32,000 nt of DNA from Pyrobaculum calidifontis JCM 11548 (GTDB lineage: Archaea > Thermoproteota > Thermoprotei > Thermoproteales > Thermoproteaceae): contig NC_009073.1 in the NCBI RefSeq assembly GCF_000015805.1, positions 780,001-812,000 on the forward strand. The letters run 5' to 3'. Shown piece after piece: positions 1 to 7,831 of the stretch. The number at the start of each line of letters is the position of its first letter. The stretch's first letter is position 1. Below the pieces are notes generated by a model, which was given only the letters and a program-made list of their open reading frames with translations, was not told the origin of the DNA and searched no databases. The position numbers and the translations under genes were made by a program.

Positions 1-2
1 TG

Positions 3-596
3 GCTAAGGAACTTGGCGTCAGTATAGCGGTAGCGCCCAACCACCTCGAGCTGGCCCTTGTAGCGGCGTCGGTAGACATCCCCGTGTATGCCCAGGGAGT
101 CGACGTAGAGAAGGCTGGGGCCTACACAGCGCATGTGGCTCTTGAGAACTTGAGGGAGGCGGGGGCGGTGGGGGTTATCTTGAACCACAGCGAGGCACCC
201 CTCAAGCTCAACGATTTGGCTAAGTACGTGGAGGGCGGAAAGGCGATGGGCTTAGACGTCGTTGTCTGTGCGCCAGACCCTCTGACCTCGCTGGCGGCCG
301 CGGCGTTGGGGCCTCACGCCGTCGCCGTAGAGCCGCCGGAGCTCATTGGCACAGGCCGCGCCGTGTCTAAGTACAAGCCAGAGACTGTGGTAAAGACGGT
401 TGAGCTCGTCTCTGCCCACTTCCCCAATGTGGCCGTGATAACTGGCGCGGGGATTGAAAGTGGAGAAGACGTGGAGGCCGCGCTCAGGCTTGGGACAAGG
501 GGGGTCCTTCTCGCAAGCGCCGCGGTCAAGGCTAAAGACCCCTATCAGAAGATTATGGAGCTGGCAAAGCCCTTGGTCGCGGCAGGGCCGCCTTAG
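3..596 (+). CDS. tpiA: Triosephosphate isomerase, archaeal type (5' end outside window)
   Basis: The reading frame is open from position 3 ([45 protein letters not shown]...), upstream of the Met the ORF track uses at 84. It carries the TIM motifs GVILNHSE and [11 protein letters not shown] and stops at TAG 594-596. Confidence 0.9.
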   Translation, partial: AKELGVSIAVAPNHLELALVAASVDIPVYAQGVDVEKAGAYTAHVALENLREAGAVGVILNHSEAPLKLNDLAKYVEGGKAMGLDVVVCAPDPLTSLAAAALGPHAVAVEPPELIGTGRAVSKYKPETVVKTVELVSAHFPNVAVITGAGIESGEDVEAALRLGTRGVLLASAAVKAKDPYQKIMELAKPLVAAGPP

Positions 597-648
597 GTGT
601 CTGCCGCTCATCCGCCCCCATCCGGGGTGCGTATTTATGCGCTTATGT

Positions 649-936
649 TTATAAGTTTTTCACATATTCGGCCCACAGCTCTAGTTCTCCTACGTCGACC
701 CTCGTCCTTCTCCCAGCCTCGTCTTCTACGTACGCCTCCGCGATTTTGACAACGTCGCCGCTGACTACCCCTCTTATGATAATGCGCCTCCTCTCAGCGC
801 CGAGCTCCGGGTTTGAGGCCGCCTCGGCTATGGATGGCGTTGTAAATACGATTTCAACCTCTTTCCCCACACGCCGCACTTCATACTGCTCGCCTAATTT
901 GTCTAGCTTTTCCAGGGGGATGTAAATGTTTTTCAC
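649..936 (-). CDS. Hypothetical small protein (95 aa)
   Basis: Intact ORF with no internal Met, so it must start at GTG 936. A TATA-like run lies about 23 nt upstream. I recognise no family. Confidence 0.5.
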   Translation of the reverse strand: MKNIYIPLEKLDKLGEQYEVRRVGKEVEIVFTTPSIAEAASNPELGAERRRIIIRGVVSGDVVKIAEAYVEDEAGRRTRVDVGELELWAEYVKNL

Positions 937-954
937 CTAGTTGGCTAAACTACG

Positions 955-963
955 TATATATAT
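955..963. promoter_or_regulatory. Symmetric TATA element (TATATATAT), apparently shared by the divergent genes starting at 936 (-) and 982 (+)
   Basis: It is the only A/T box in the 45-nt gap, and its centre is about 23 nt from both start codons. The flanks are mirror-image: AAAC on the left, GTTTT on the right. Confidence 0.4.
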
Positions 964-981
964 GTGTTTTCCATAGTGGTC

Positions 982-1335
982 ATGCTACCGCCTGCAGTAC
1001 TAAGACAGCTGTATGTGCAAGGCAGTCTGACGAATACCCCGGAGGGGGCAACTTTTAAGCTGAAGAACTCGCTGGCCCCGGCGACGGTTGTTGGGCTCGA
1101 AGTGTCAGTGGACGGGCAAAAGGTGCCCAGCGAGAAGATCTACGTAATAGCCGGAGGACAGAAGAGGGGAGTTGGCGAGCTGGCTTCAAGCGGGCAGAGA
1201 TTCGCCGTAAGAGACGAAGTAACCATTCTACTAGCGGGAGTGACTCTCGCCCCAGGCGCCCATCGTATTGACATAAGGGCTAAGACTAAGGAGTGGGGCG
1301 ATTTGGCGTTCGACATCACTGACACGGTGAGATAG
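982..1335 (+). CDS. Hypothetical protein (117 aa from ATG 982; the ORF track starts at GTG 964)
   Basis: ORF MLPPAVLRQLYVQGSLTNTPEGATFKLKNSLAPATVVGLEVSVDGQKV... ATG 982 lies about 23 nt downstream of the TATA centre. Family not recognised. Confidence 0.5.
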   Translation: MLPPAVLRQLYVQGSLTNTPEGATFKLKNSLAPATVVGLEVSVDGQKVPSEKIYVIAGGQKRGVGELASSGQRFAVRDEVTILLAGVTLAPGAHRIDIRAKTKEWGDLAFDITDTVR

Positions 1336-1948
1336 ACCTAAACTTTTCCACAAACCTCTCCAACGCGTTTTTTAGTTCGCTCAATTCGTTCGACAGTTCC
1401 GGCGCCGCTTGTGCTAGAAGCAGTGCCCCAGCTATGGTCCTAATGCCCGCGGAGGCCACTCTCACGCCGCCCCATTCGACAGCCACGCTACCGATCGCCA
1501 TCACCTTCCCCTTATTCTCCGCCGCCACGACCGCGTCTTCAAACGGGTAGGCCACATAAGTCAGAGTGAGAGCGTGGCCGCTGTACGGCATGTAGACTTT
1601 TTTGACGTGTTTTCTCACGGAGAAGGGGCCCATCCTGTCCGCCAGGCGACCCCATCTACCGTTGGCCGCGTCTATAAAGGACACGTGGTTCCTAAGCCAC
1701 GTAAACACGTCCCCCCTCTCCCCTGGCGCATAGTCGAGGGAGAGTACTCTACCTATCTCTGCGCCGAGGTAGTCGTACAGCTCTAGGTAGGGCCTAATTA
1801 GGGGCTCCAACGCCTCTGGAGAATCTATGACCCTCTCGTCAAAGCCCCCCGCTGTGCGGCCCACGGCCACTGCGCCATTCTCTCTAATTATGATAGTGGC
1901 TTCTTGAAACTCTCCCCACGGCACGCATAGGGGCACAATCAGTTCCAC
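1316..1948 (-). CDS. Hypothetical protein (210 aa, GTG start)
   Basis: Long intact ORF. GTG 1948 lies about 23 nt from the TATA at 1965-1975. The 3' end overlaps the convergent gene by 20 nt. I see no recognisable motifs. Confidence 0.5.
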   Translation of the reverse strand: MELIVPLCVPWGEFQEATIIIRENGAVAVGRTAGGFDERVIDSPEALEPLIRPYLELYDYLGAEIGRVLSLDYAPGERGDVFTWLRNHVSFIDAANGRWGRLADRMGPFSVRKHVKKVYMPYSGHALTLTYVAYPFEDAVVAAENKGKVMAIGSVAVEWGGVRVASAGIRTIAGALLLAQAAPELSNELSELKNALERFVEKFRSISPCQ

Positions 1949-1964
1949 AGCCCAATGAGAAAAA

Positions 1965-1975
1965 ATATTTATAAA
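1965..1975. promoter_or_regulatory. TATA element (ATATTTATAAA), apparently shared by the divergent starts at 1948 (-) and 1996 (+)
   Basis: It is the only A/T box in the 47-nt gap. Its centre (about 1971) is 23 nt from GTG 1948 and 25 nt from GTG 1996. Confidence 0.4.
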
Positions 1976-1995
1976 CTAGGCATAGCGAGGGGGAC

Positions 1996-2451
1996 GTGCC
2001 GACGTTTAAGCTGGTGCTATCAGACCCACTCTCGGGCAAGGCTAGGCAGTTCGAGATAAAAGATCCCTTGGCACAGCGATTTGTGGGTCTTAGAATAGGC
2101 GAGGAGATAGACGGCACCGTGTTGAAAGAGCTGATAGAGCTTCCAAAGGGCGTCAAAATAAGGATAACTGGCGGAAGCGGCGTCGAAGGCGCGCCAATGC
2201 ACCCAGGCGTCCCAGGCCCCGTCAAGAGGTACATCCTGGCCGACGGGCCCCCGGGCTATAGGCCGCGGAAGAGGGGTATGAGAAAGAAGAAGCTGGTGAG
2301 AGGCGACACAATAACCGACTCAATTGTGCAAATAAACGCAGTCTTAGTCTATCCAGAGGGCTACAGCGGACCTCCGGCAATACCTCTTGGAGCTAAGGAG
2401 TTGGAAAAACTGAAGGGCGGAAAAACAGAGGAGGCGGCCGCCTCCCAGTAG
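1996..2451 (+). CDS. rps6e: 30S ribosomal protein S6e
   Basis: Sequence (V)PTFKLVLSDPLSGKARQFEI...ITGGSGVEGAPMHPGV...RKRGMRKKKLVRG is typical of S6e. GTG start. Confidence 0.9.
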   Translation: MPTFKLVLSDPLSGKARQFEIKDPLAQRFVGLRIGEEIDGTVLKELIELPKGVKIRITGGSGVEGAPMHPGVPGPVKRYILADGPPGYRPRKRGMRKKKLVRGDTITDSIVQINAVLVYPEGYSGPPAIPLGAKELEKLKGGKTEEAAASQ

Positions 2452-2694
2452 CTATTTTACAATTGACTTGGCTATAACCAAGGTAGTAGTGCTCTTAATC
2501 TTTGGCATCCTCCTAATCTTCTCGCTGATGAGCTTCCTCAAATTCTCGGCCGTATCTGCGGAGATCCTAACGACGACATCGTAGGGGCCGTACACTATCA
2601 TAGCCTCCTTCACCTCGGGCAACTTTATCAACGCCTCCATAACCTCGTCCTCTGCGCCAATCTCAGTGTTTATGAACACAAACGCCTCGACCAT
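2452..2694 (-). CDS. Stand-alone Lrp/AsnC-type ligand-binding (RAM) domain protein with no HTH
   Basis: 80 aa: MVEAFVFINTEIGAEDEVMEALIKLPEVKEAMIVYGPYDVVVRISADTAENLRKLISEKIRRMPKIKSTTTLVI. This fits the RAM-domain beta-alpha-beta-beta-alpha-beta pattern, and the protein is too short to hold a DNA-binding domain. Confidence 0.75.
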   Translation of the reverse strand: MVEAFVFINTEIGAEDEVMEALIKLPEVKEAMIVYGPYDVVVRISADTAENLRKLISEKIRRMPKIKSTTTLVIAKSIVK

Positions 2695-2714
2695 GGTACT
2701 TACAAATACCCAAT

Positions 2715-3422
2715 TTAAATGCTTTTTATTCCCAGGTACAGCTCCGCCAAATCTGCCCTAGCCAGTAGCCCAGAGGGCGGCCCCTCATAGGCCACTTTGC
2801 CCGACACCAGCAGGTAGCAGCTGTGCGCAATTTCAAGGGCCTTCTTCGCATTTTGCTCAGCGAGCACCACTGTGTAGCCCATTTCCGCCAACTTTTTCAC
2901 AAGGTTCAACACCTCCTCGGCGAATTTGGGGGAGAGCTGGGCCGTGGGTTCGTCGAACATGAAGTACTTGGCGCCTCTAATCAGCGCCATTGCAACCGCC
3001 ACCATCTGCCTCCATCCGCCGCTGAGCTCCAGCGCCCTCCTATGCAACAAACCCCCAATCGGCACCACCTCGAGGATTTCCCTAAGCCTCTCCTTATACT
3101 CCCTGCTGTCAAGGTGGTAGGCTGCCATGCGCAGATTCTCCTCCACTGTGAGGTTTTGAAAGACGTTTTTAACCTGGGGTAGGTAGGCCAGCCCCAGCCT
3201 CGCCCTCTCGTGCGGCGCTATGCGCGTGGCGTCAACCCCGCCTATTTCCACAACTCCCCGGAAAATCTTAGCAATGCCCGCTATCGCCTTCAGTAGAGTG
3301 GATTTGCCGCTGCCATTGGGCCCCACCACCGCGGTTATGGCCCCCTGCTCCGCCTTAAAATTGACGTCGAATAAAACCTGCAATTTGCCATACCCCGCGT
3401 CTAGCCCCTTCGTTGCTATCAT
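2715..3422 (-). CDS. livF: ABC transporter ATP-binding protein, LivF-like (cluster 1)
   Basis: Walker A GPNGSGKST, signature LSGGWRQM, Walker B FMFDEP, and the C-terminal LYLG ending typical of Liv ATPases. Confidence 0.85.
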   Translation of the reverse strand: MIATKGLDAGYGKLQVLFDVNFKAEQGAITAVVGPNGSGKSTLLKAIAGIAKIFRGVVEIGGVDATRIAPHERARLGLAYLPQVKNVFQNLTVEENLRMAAYHLDSREYKERLREILEVVPIGGLLHRRALELSGGWRQMVAVAMALIRGAKYFMFDEPTAQLSPKFAEEVLNLVKKLAEMGYTVVLAEQNAKKALEIAHSCYLLVSGKVAYEGPPSGLLARADLAELYLGIKSI

Positions 3423-4162
3423 TGGCCTAGGTAGACCTCTGCCACTAGGGGGTGTCTAAACACCTCGCTGGGGGCGCCCTCCACTACGACCTTCCCCTCA
3501 TGCATAAAATAGGCGTAGTCCACGTAGTCGAGAGCTATGTCGAGTCTGTGCTCCACGGCCATGACTCCCACGCCCCTCTGCGCCACGGCTCTCAACGCGG
3601 CAAATAACTCCCGGGCCAGGGCGGGGTTAAGGCCTGCCCCCGGCTCGTCGAGGAGTATCACCTCTGCCTCTGCCACAAGGGCCCTTGCCAGCTCTAGCAA
3701 TTTGAGCTGACCGCCGCTAAGCTCTCCAGCAGGCCTATCCCACATGTGAGCCAAATTCACGAGCTTTAACGCCTCATACGCCTTGTCGGCAAGCTTCCTC
3801 TCGGCCTCCCTCCAGCCCCACCACTTGGGCGTCTCGCGCTGCAGCACTCCCATGATTACATTATCCAACACAGACAGCCTCTGCGCAACCCTCGGCGTCT
3901 GAAACGTGCGGACTATGCCGAGCCTTCTTCTCTCAAACGGCGCCGTGTGGGAGATGTCGCGCCCCTTGTAGAATATGCGCCCCCCGTCCTGCCTCAAGAC
4001 CCCCGTGATGACATTTATCAGAGTAGTTTTGCCAGAGCCGTTGGGCCCCGCCACCAGCGTAAAAAAGCCCGCCCTCACCTCCACGGTGGCTCCATCTAAG
4101 GCCCTCAACCCGCCAAAGCTCTTGACGATGCGCTCAGCTTTTAACAATGGCCCAGATTTCAT
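3419..4162 (-). CDS. livG: ABC transporter ATP-binding protein, LivG-like (cluster 1)
   Basis: N-terminal KSFGGL, Walker A GPNGSGKTT, Q-loop RTFQ, signature LSGGQLKLLELARAL, Walker B ILLDEPGAGL, H-loop VEH. It overlaps livF by 4 nt. Confidence 0.85.
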   Translation of the reverse strand: MKSGPLLKAERIVKSFGGLRALDGATVEVRAGFFTLVAGPNGSGKTTLINVITGVLRQDGGRIFYKGRDISHTAPFERRRLGIVRTFQTPRVAQRLSVLDNVIMGVLQRETPKWWGWREAERKLADKAYEALKLVNLAHMWDRPAGELSGGQLKLLELARALVAEAEVILLDEPGAGLNPALARELFAALRAVAQRGVGVMAVEHRLDIALDYVDYAYFMHEGKVVVEGAPSEVFRHPLVAEVYLGQ

Positions 4163-5513
4163 AGTCGCCGCTCTCTCTATCCCCAGCCTCGTTCAGCTTA
4201 GTATAGCCAGACGCGCCGAAGTACTTAGCCGCCACCTGCGGAAACACTTGCCACACCCTCTCGCTGTCGGCTGAGCCCGCTTGAAGTATTGAATATGTTA
4301 TTAGCCACACGGCGTCGTAGGCGTTGTACGCATATGAGTCAGGCTCTCTCTTGTACTCGCTTAATATGTAGTTGCGCACCCGGTCGTAGTATACGCTCCG
4401 CGCTGGGGCAAACTTGGGGCTCACAAAGCCGCCTACCTTGACCGCGAACTCCGCCGCCGCTGGGACAAGGAGCTCGGAGAGCCCCGTACTTCCATCGGCC
4501 CCATACCACCTAACCTGTGCAAGCTCTGGGTAGTTCTTCGCAGTTATAAAAATGGTCTGCAGCTCGGCGAATCCAAACGCCGCGACGGCCACCTTGTCTG
4601 CCCCATATTTTGCAACAACGTCTTTGACCTTCTGGGCCAACACGCTGACCTCAGTGGAGAACTCGCCCTTCTGCGGGTCATAAGACGAAGCCCTAATGAC
4701 CTCAAAGCCCCGGGACTTCGCCATGTCTTCGAGACCCTTCACCAGCCCATTGCCCCAGTCGTCGTTCCTCCAAATTACCACAACAGCCTTAATACCGTCG
4801 TCTTGAAGCACCTTGGAAATAGCCTTAACCTGCTTCGTGTCGTCTGGCGGGAGCCTAAAGACGTAGTCGCCAGGTATAGCCAAGGCCGGGGCAGTGGAGG
4901 AGACAGAGATGACGAGGAGCTTGTTCTCATCCGCATACGACTTCATGGCGCGGACCTCGCCCGACGTTCTAACTATGTAGAATTTTATGCCGCGGCTGTG
5001 AAGAGCCTTCATTTGATCAAGGGCCTTTGTGGGATCCGCAGCCGTGTCGGCGACCACGACTCTCACCCTAAACGTGGCATTTATCTTAGTCAAGTACGCG
5101 TTCACATCCTGCTCCGCCAGTCTAGCCGCGGCGGCGGCCAACTCGCCCAGAGAGGCAAGTCTCCCGCTGAGCGGTTGCAAGACGCCTATCTCAACCACGG
5201 TCTGCGCCTGGGTGGGTTGCACATTTACGATGACCGGAGTGAGGTAGCCTTGTGGAGGAGTCTGCGGCGGAGGAGTCCCCCTCGCCACCTTATCCTCCGC
5301 TGAGATGTACATGCCGACTAGTTGCCACTTGTACTGAGACGTGGCCGGCGAGGTAGGCGTGGGAGATGGCGTGCTAGTGGGCGTAGGCTGGGTTGTGGTT
5401 GTTTTTGGCGTCTGCGTAGGGGGTTGCGGAGGGGCTTGTAAAGCTAAAAAGTACGCCAAACCCGCTAATATGAGTATTGCAACAACTATCCCTATTATAA
5501 TTCCCCTGTTCAT
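4134..5513 (-). CDS. Liv-type (type I periplasmic-binding-fold) substrate-binding protein with an N-terminal membrane anchor and a Thr/Pro-rich linker
   Basis: From Met at 5513 the protein reads MNRGIIIGIVVAILILAGLAYFL (TM anchor), then PPQPPTQTPKTTTTQPTPTSTPSPTPTSP, then IGVLQPLSGRLASLG typical of LivK/Peripla_BP_6. A TATA-like TTAAAAATA lies about 20 nt upstream. The ORF-track start at 5594 would run through the promoter gap. Confidence 0.8.
   Translation of the reverse strand: MNRGIIIGIVVAILILAGLAYFLALQAPPQPPTQTPKTTTTQPTPTSTPSPTPTSPATSQYKWQLVGMYISAEDKVARGTPPPQTPPQGYLTPVIVNVQPTQAQTVVEIGVLQPLSGRLASLGELAAAAARLAEQDVNAYLTKINATFRVRVVVADTAADPTKALDQMKALHSRGIKFYIVRTSGEVRAMKSYADENKLLVISVSSTAPALAIPGDYVFRLPPDDTKQVKAISKVLQDDGIKAVVVIWRNDDWGNGLVKGLEDMAKSRGFEVIRASSYDPQKGEFSTEVSVLAQKVKDVVAKYGADKVAVAAFGFAELQTIFITAKNYPELAQVRWYGADGSTGLSELLVPAAAEFAVKVGGFVSPKFAPARSVYYDRVRNYILSEYKREPDSYAYNAYDAVWLITYSILQAGSADSERVWQVFPQVAAKYFGASGYTKLNEAGDRESGDYEIWAIVKS
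5337..5432 (-). repeat. Low-complexity Thr/Pro/Ser-rich linker coding segment (cluster 1 binding protein)
   Basis: Encodes PPQPPTQTPKTTTTQPTPTSTPSPTPTSPATS. Its antisense translation produces the spurious Gly/Val-rich N-terminus of the ORF that starts at 5341. Confidence 0.7.
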
Positions 5514-5586
5514 TTCCCCTATAAAACTTTCTATTTTTAAGTTTTGTCTGAGGGGAATGTTTATATGTACGGGTTTCACGGCGTCA
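5514..5586. promoter_or_regulatory. Divergent promoter gap with two separate TATA boxes
   Basis: TTTATAT at 5560-5566 lies about 24 nt upstream of ATG 5587 (+). CTTAAAAATAG on the minus strand (about 5532-5542) lies upstream of ATG 5513 (-). Confidence 0.45.
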
Positions 5587-6543
5587 ATGCGCAAGACTGT
5601 TGCCCTAGTCTTCGCCGCGTGGGCGGGGCTTTCTGCCTTTTTCTGGCCAAGAGAGGCAGCTGACGCAGTTTTATACTCCTCAATTCTAGCCCTTGCGGCT
5701 CTTGGGCTAACTCTGGCATATCAAACCACGAAGGTGCCCAACTTCGCCCATGGCGCTTTGATAAACGTCGGCGTCGTATCGGCGCTGACTGTGGCCCAAG
5801 CGTTTGGCAAGCCGACTTACTACGCCCTCTTGATTGGCGTGCCGCTTGCCGTAGTCTCAGCCCTGGCGCTCTACCTAGTCCTCCTCCCCCTCTACAAGAG
5901 AGGGACGCAAGCAGAGGTGATGATGATGGCAACCATGGCCTTCAACATAATCTACATAGGCCTTCTAAACGCGTACGCCGACTGGGCGGGCAGGTCCATG
6001 GGGATATTTATGAGAGGCATAACTCTGAGGCCCTACGACGTGACCATCGCCTCTGTACCCGGCGCCTACATAATCGCGCCGGCGACCACTGCGCTGTTTG
6101 CCCTACTCCTGTACCTGTTTCTAAAAACCAAGGTTGGAACCGCGCTGAGAGCTGCAGTAGAGAACGAGGACTTGGCCAGGACGCTGGGGATAAACGTGGA
6201 GAGAGCCTATGCCATCGCGTGGGCCATCGCCGGCACCGCCGCGGGAGTGGCCGGAGTATATCTTCCGCTATACATAGAGGCCACCCCCGACGTGGGGTGG
6301 CTCATGCTTGCGAGCTTCTTCGCAGCAAGCATAGCGGGGGGCCTTGGGAGCATTTACGGCGCGTTGGCCGGCGGCTTCCTAATGGGATTCGTCGAGACTT
6401 TGGCCACGCTACAGTTCGCCACGCTTCTTAACTGGGCCTTCGGCATACCGCAGTACCAGATCACTGCGTACCGCCCCCTGGTGCCCCTCCTAGCAATAGC
6501 GACCGTCCTATTGATATCGCCTAGGGGACTCCTAGGGAAATGA
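5587..6543 (+). CDS. livH: Branched-chain-amino-acid-type ABC permease, LivH-like (cluster 1)
   Basis: Polytopic membrane protein with LTLAYQTTKVPNFAHGAL and the VENEDLARTLGINV loop typical of the LivH/BPD_transp_2 family. I set the start at ATG 5587 from the TATA distance. ORF-track residues encoded by 5341-5586 are antisense to the neighbouring linker. Confidence 0.8.
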   Translation: MRKTVALVFAAWAGLSAFFWPREAADAVLYSSILALAALGLTLAYQTTKVPNFAHGALINVGVVSALTVAQAFGKPTYYALLIGVPLAVVSALALYLVLLPLYKRGTQAEVMMMATMAFNIIYIGLLNAYADWAGRSMGIFMRGITLRPYDVTIASVPGAYIIAPATTALFALLLYLFLKTKVGTALRAAVENEDLARTLGINVERAYAIAWAIAGTAAGVAGVYLPLYIEATPDVGWLMLASFFAASIAGGLGSIYGALAGGFLMGFVETLATLQFATLLNWAFGIPQYQITAYRPLVPLLAIATVLLISPRGLLGK

Positions 6544-7661
6544 GGCAAGTCGTAGGTCTCGTCGTATATCTCCTCGGAGCGGCCTTGGTGGCAGCCACGG
6601 GAAGGAATTGGCAGAGCTACCTCTTGACGACAGCCGTGGACCTGGCCATATACCTGGCCATAACCCTCACGGTGAACTTGGAAGCGGGCATCGCGGGAAT
6701 TCCAAACTTCGGCAGAGTGCTCACAGTTGCCCTTGGGGCCTACGTGGCAGGCGGAGTTGTGGGCCGACTCGCAGTGCTTATTACTGGGCAGAGCTTGGAC
6801 TACGTGGCGGACAACCCCGCGGCAGTCTCCGCCCTCTCCCGCCTGCTTAGCCCAGGCCAAGCCGCAGGCCTTTTGGCCATCGCCTTTCTCTTGGCCGCCG
6901 CGTTGGGAGCCGCGGTGGGGTACCTCACCTCTCTGCCGGCGAGGAGGCCGTCGGCGGACTACCTTGCCATAACTCTCTTGGCCTTCGGCGACGTGGCCTA
7001 CTACGTGGGGCTGAACTATGAACCTCTCGTTGGCGGCACTCTAGGTGTGGCGGCGCCTCCCCTCTATGAGAAGCTCTTCGGAGGCGGCGCGGCCAGGGCC
7101 GTCGGCGCAGCCGCAATCTCCCTCGCCATGGCGATGTTGATATATGCGCTTGTGGAGAAGATTGGGAACTCACCATTTGGGAGGGCTTTGAGAGTACACA
7201 GAGAGGACCCCGAGCTGTTGTCAGTTCTGGGAAGAGACCCGGCGGAGCTGAGGGGCTGGACAATGGCCGTGGGCGGGGCCCTCTCCGCCGTGGCCGGAGT
7301 CTTGTATGCGTACTACGTCGGTGCGGTCCACCCCAGAGGGTTTGAGAGAGTCACCTTCACCTTTTACCCATGGCTAATCATGATACTGGGAGGCATGGGC
7401 AACAACCTAGGCGTGGCAAACGGCGTCCTCATATTTGTCACCATATACCGCCTCCTCGACGTATATAAGTACGAGATAGGCGCCGTCGTGGGCTTCGATC
7501 CCGTGTGGCTTGGCTACATGCTCTTCGGCGCTCTGGCCCTCGCCATAATAATTGCCGCGCCCAGAGGCATTGTCCCAGAGGAGGCCAAGCCTCTAACAAA
7601 ACCCTCAGTGCAACACGGCAGTGGAGCTATTTCAGGTAGTAAAGGCGACGCCGGGGGTTAA
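6540..7661 (+). CDS. livM: Branched-chain-amino-acid-type ABC permease, LivM-like (cluster 1)
   Basis: ATGA overlap with livH. Hydrophobic polytopic protein with the NLEAGIAGIPNFG and REDPELLSVLG motifs of the LivM family. Confidence 0.8.
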   Translation: MRQVVGLVVYLLGAALVAATGRNWQSYLLTTAVDLAIYLAITLTVNLEAGIAGIPNFGRVLTVALGAYVAGGVVGRLAVLITGQSLDYVADNPAAVSALSRLLSPGQAAGLLAIAFLLAAALGAAVGYLTSLPARRPSADYLAITLLAFGDVAYYVGLNYEPLVGGTLGVAAPPLYEKLFGGGAARAVGAAAISLAMAMLIYALVEKIGNSPFGRALRVHREDPELLSVLGRDPAELRGWTMAVGGALSAVAGVLYAYYVGAVHPRGFERVTFTFYPWLIMILGGMGNNLGVANGVLIFVTIYRLLDVYKYEIGAVVGFDPVWLGYMLFGALALAIIIAAPRGIVPEEAKPLTKPSVQHGSGAISGSKGDAGG

Positions 7662-7823
7662 GAGGACCCACTAGAACGTCAATTATGGACAAAAAGGCTG
7701 TGTGGATAGGCGGAGACGCGCCCTCCGGCGTCAAATGTACACGAGGTAGAACGTCAGGGGGGCAGGGCTTACATAAGACTTGAAAACAGGGCCGTAGGCC
7801 CTAGTAGCCTCGTGGCGGCTCGC

Positions 7824-7831
7824 TATATATA
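7824..7831. promoter_or_regulatory. Orphan symmetric TATA box (TATATATA) inside a 335-nt non-coding gap
   Basis: It sits 166 nt upstream of the next start codon, which has its own TATA at about 7969-7977. No ORF of 60 aa or more lies on either strand. See finding. Confidence 0.3.

Noticed and set aside
641-660. Hairpin CTTAT-gttt-ATAAG followed by T5 as a bacterial-style intrinsic terminator for tpiA
   Set aside because: Archaeal termination needs only oligo-T, the stem is 5 A/T-rich base pairs, and the element overlaps the stop codon region of the convergent gene. The T5 run may terminate transcription, but the hairpin is probably incidental.
5341-5586. N-terminal 82 aa of the 400-aa ORF (MAGEVGVGDGVLVGVGWVVVVFGV...) as part of LivH
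   Set aside because: It is the antisense reading of the Thr/Pro linker and the anchor of the binding-protein gene, and it runs through the promoter gap. A TATA box at leaderless distance supports ATG 5587.
7685-7783. 32-aa small ORF MDKKAVWIGGDAPSGVKCTRGRTSGGQGLHKT in the non-coding gap
   Set aside because: There is no TATA box at leaderless distance, no SD-like sequence, and the composition is unremarkable. Coding cannot be supported from sequence alone.
7790-7830. tRNA-like 5' end GGGCCGTAGGCCC...
   Set aside because: There is no D-loop or T-loop consensus (no GGTTCRAATCC-like element) and no cloverleaf can be drawn. It is a simple 5-bp hairpin.
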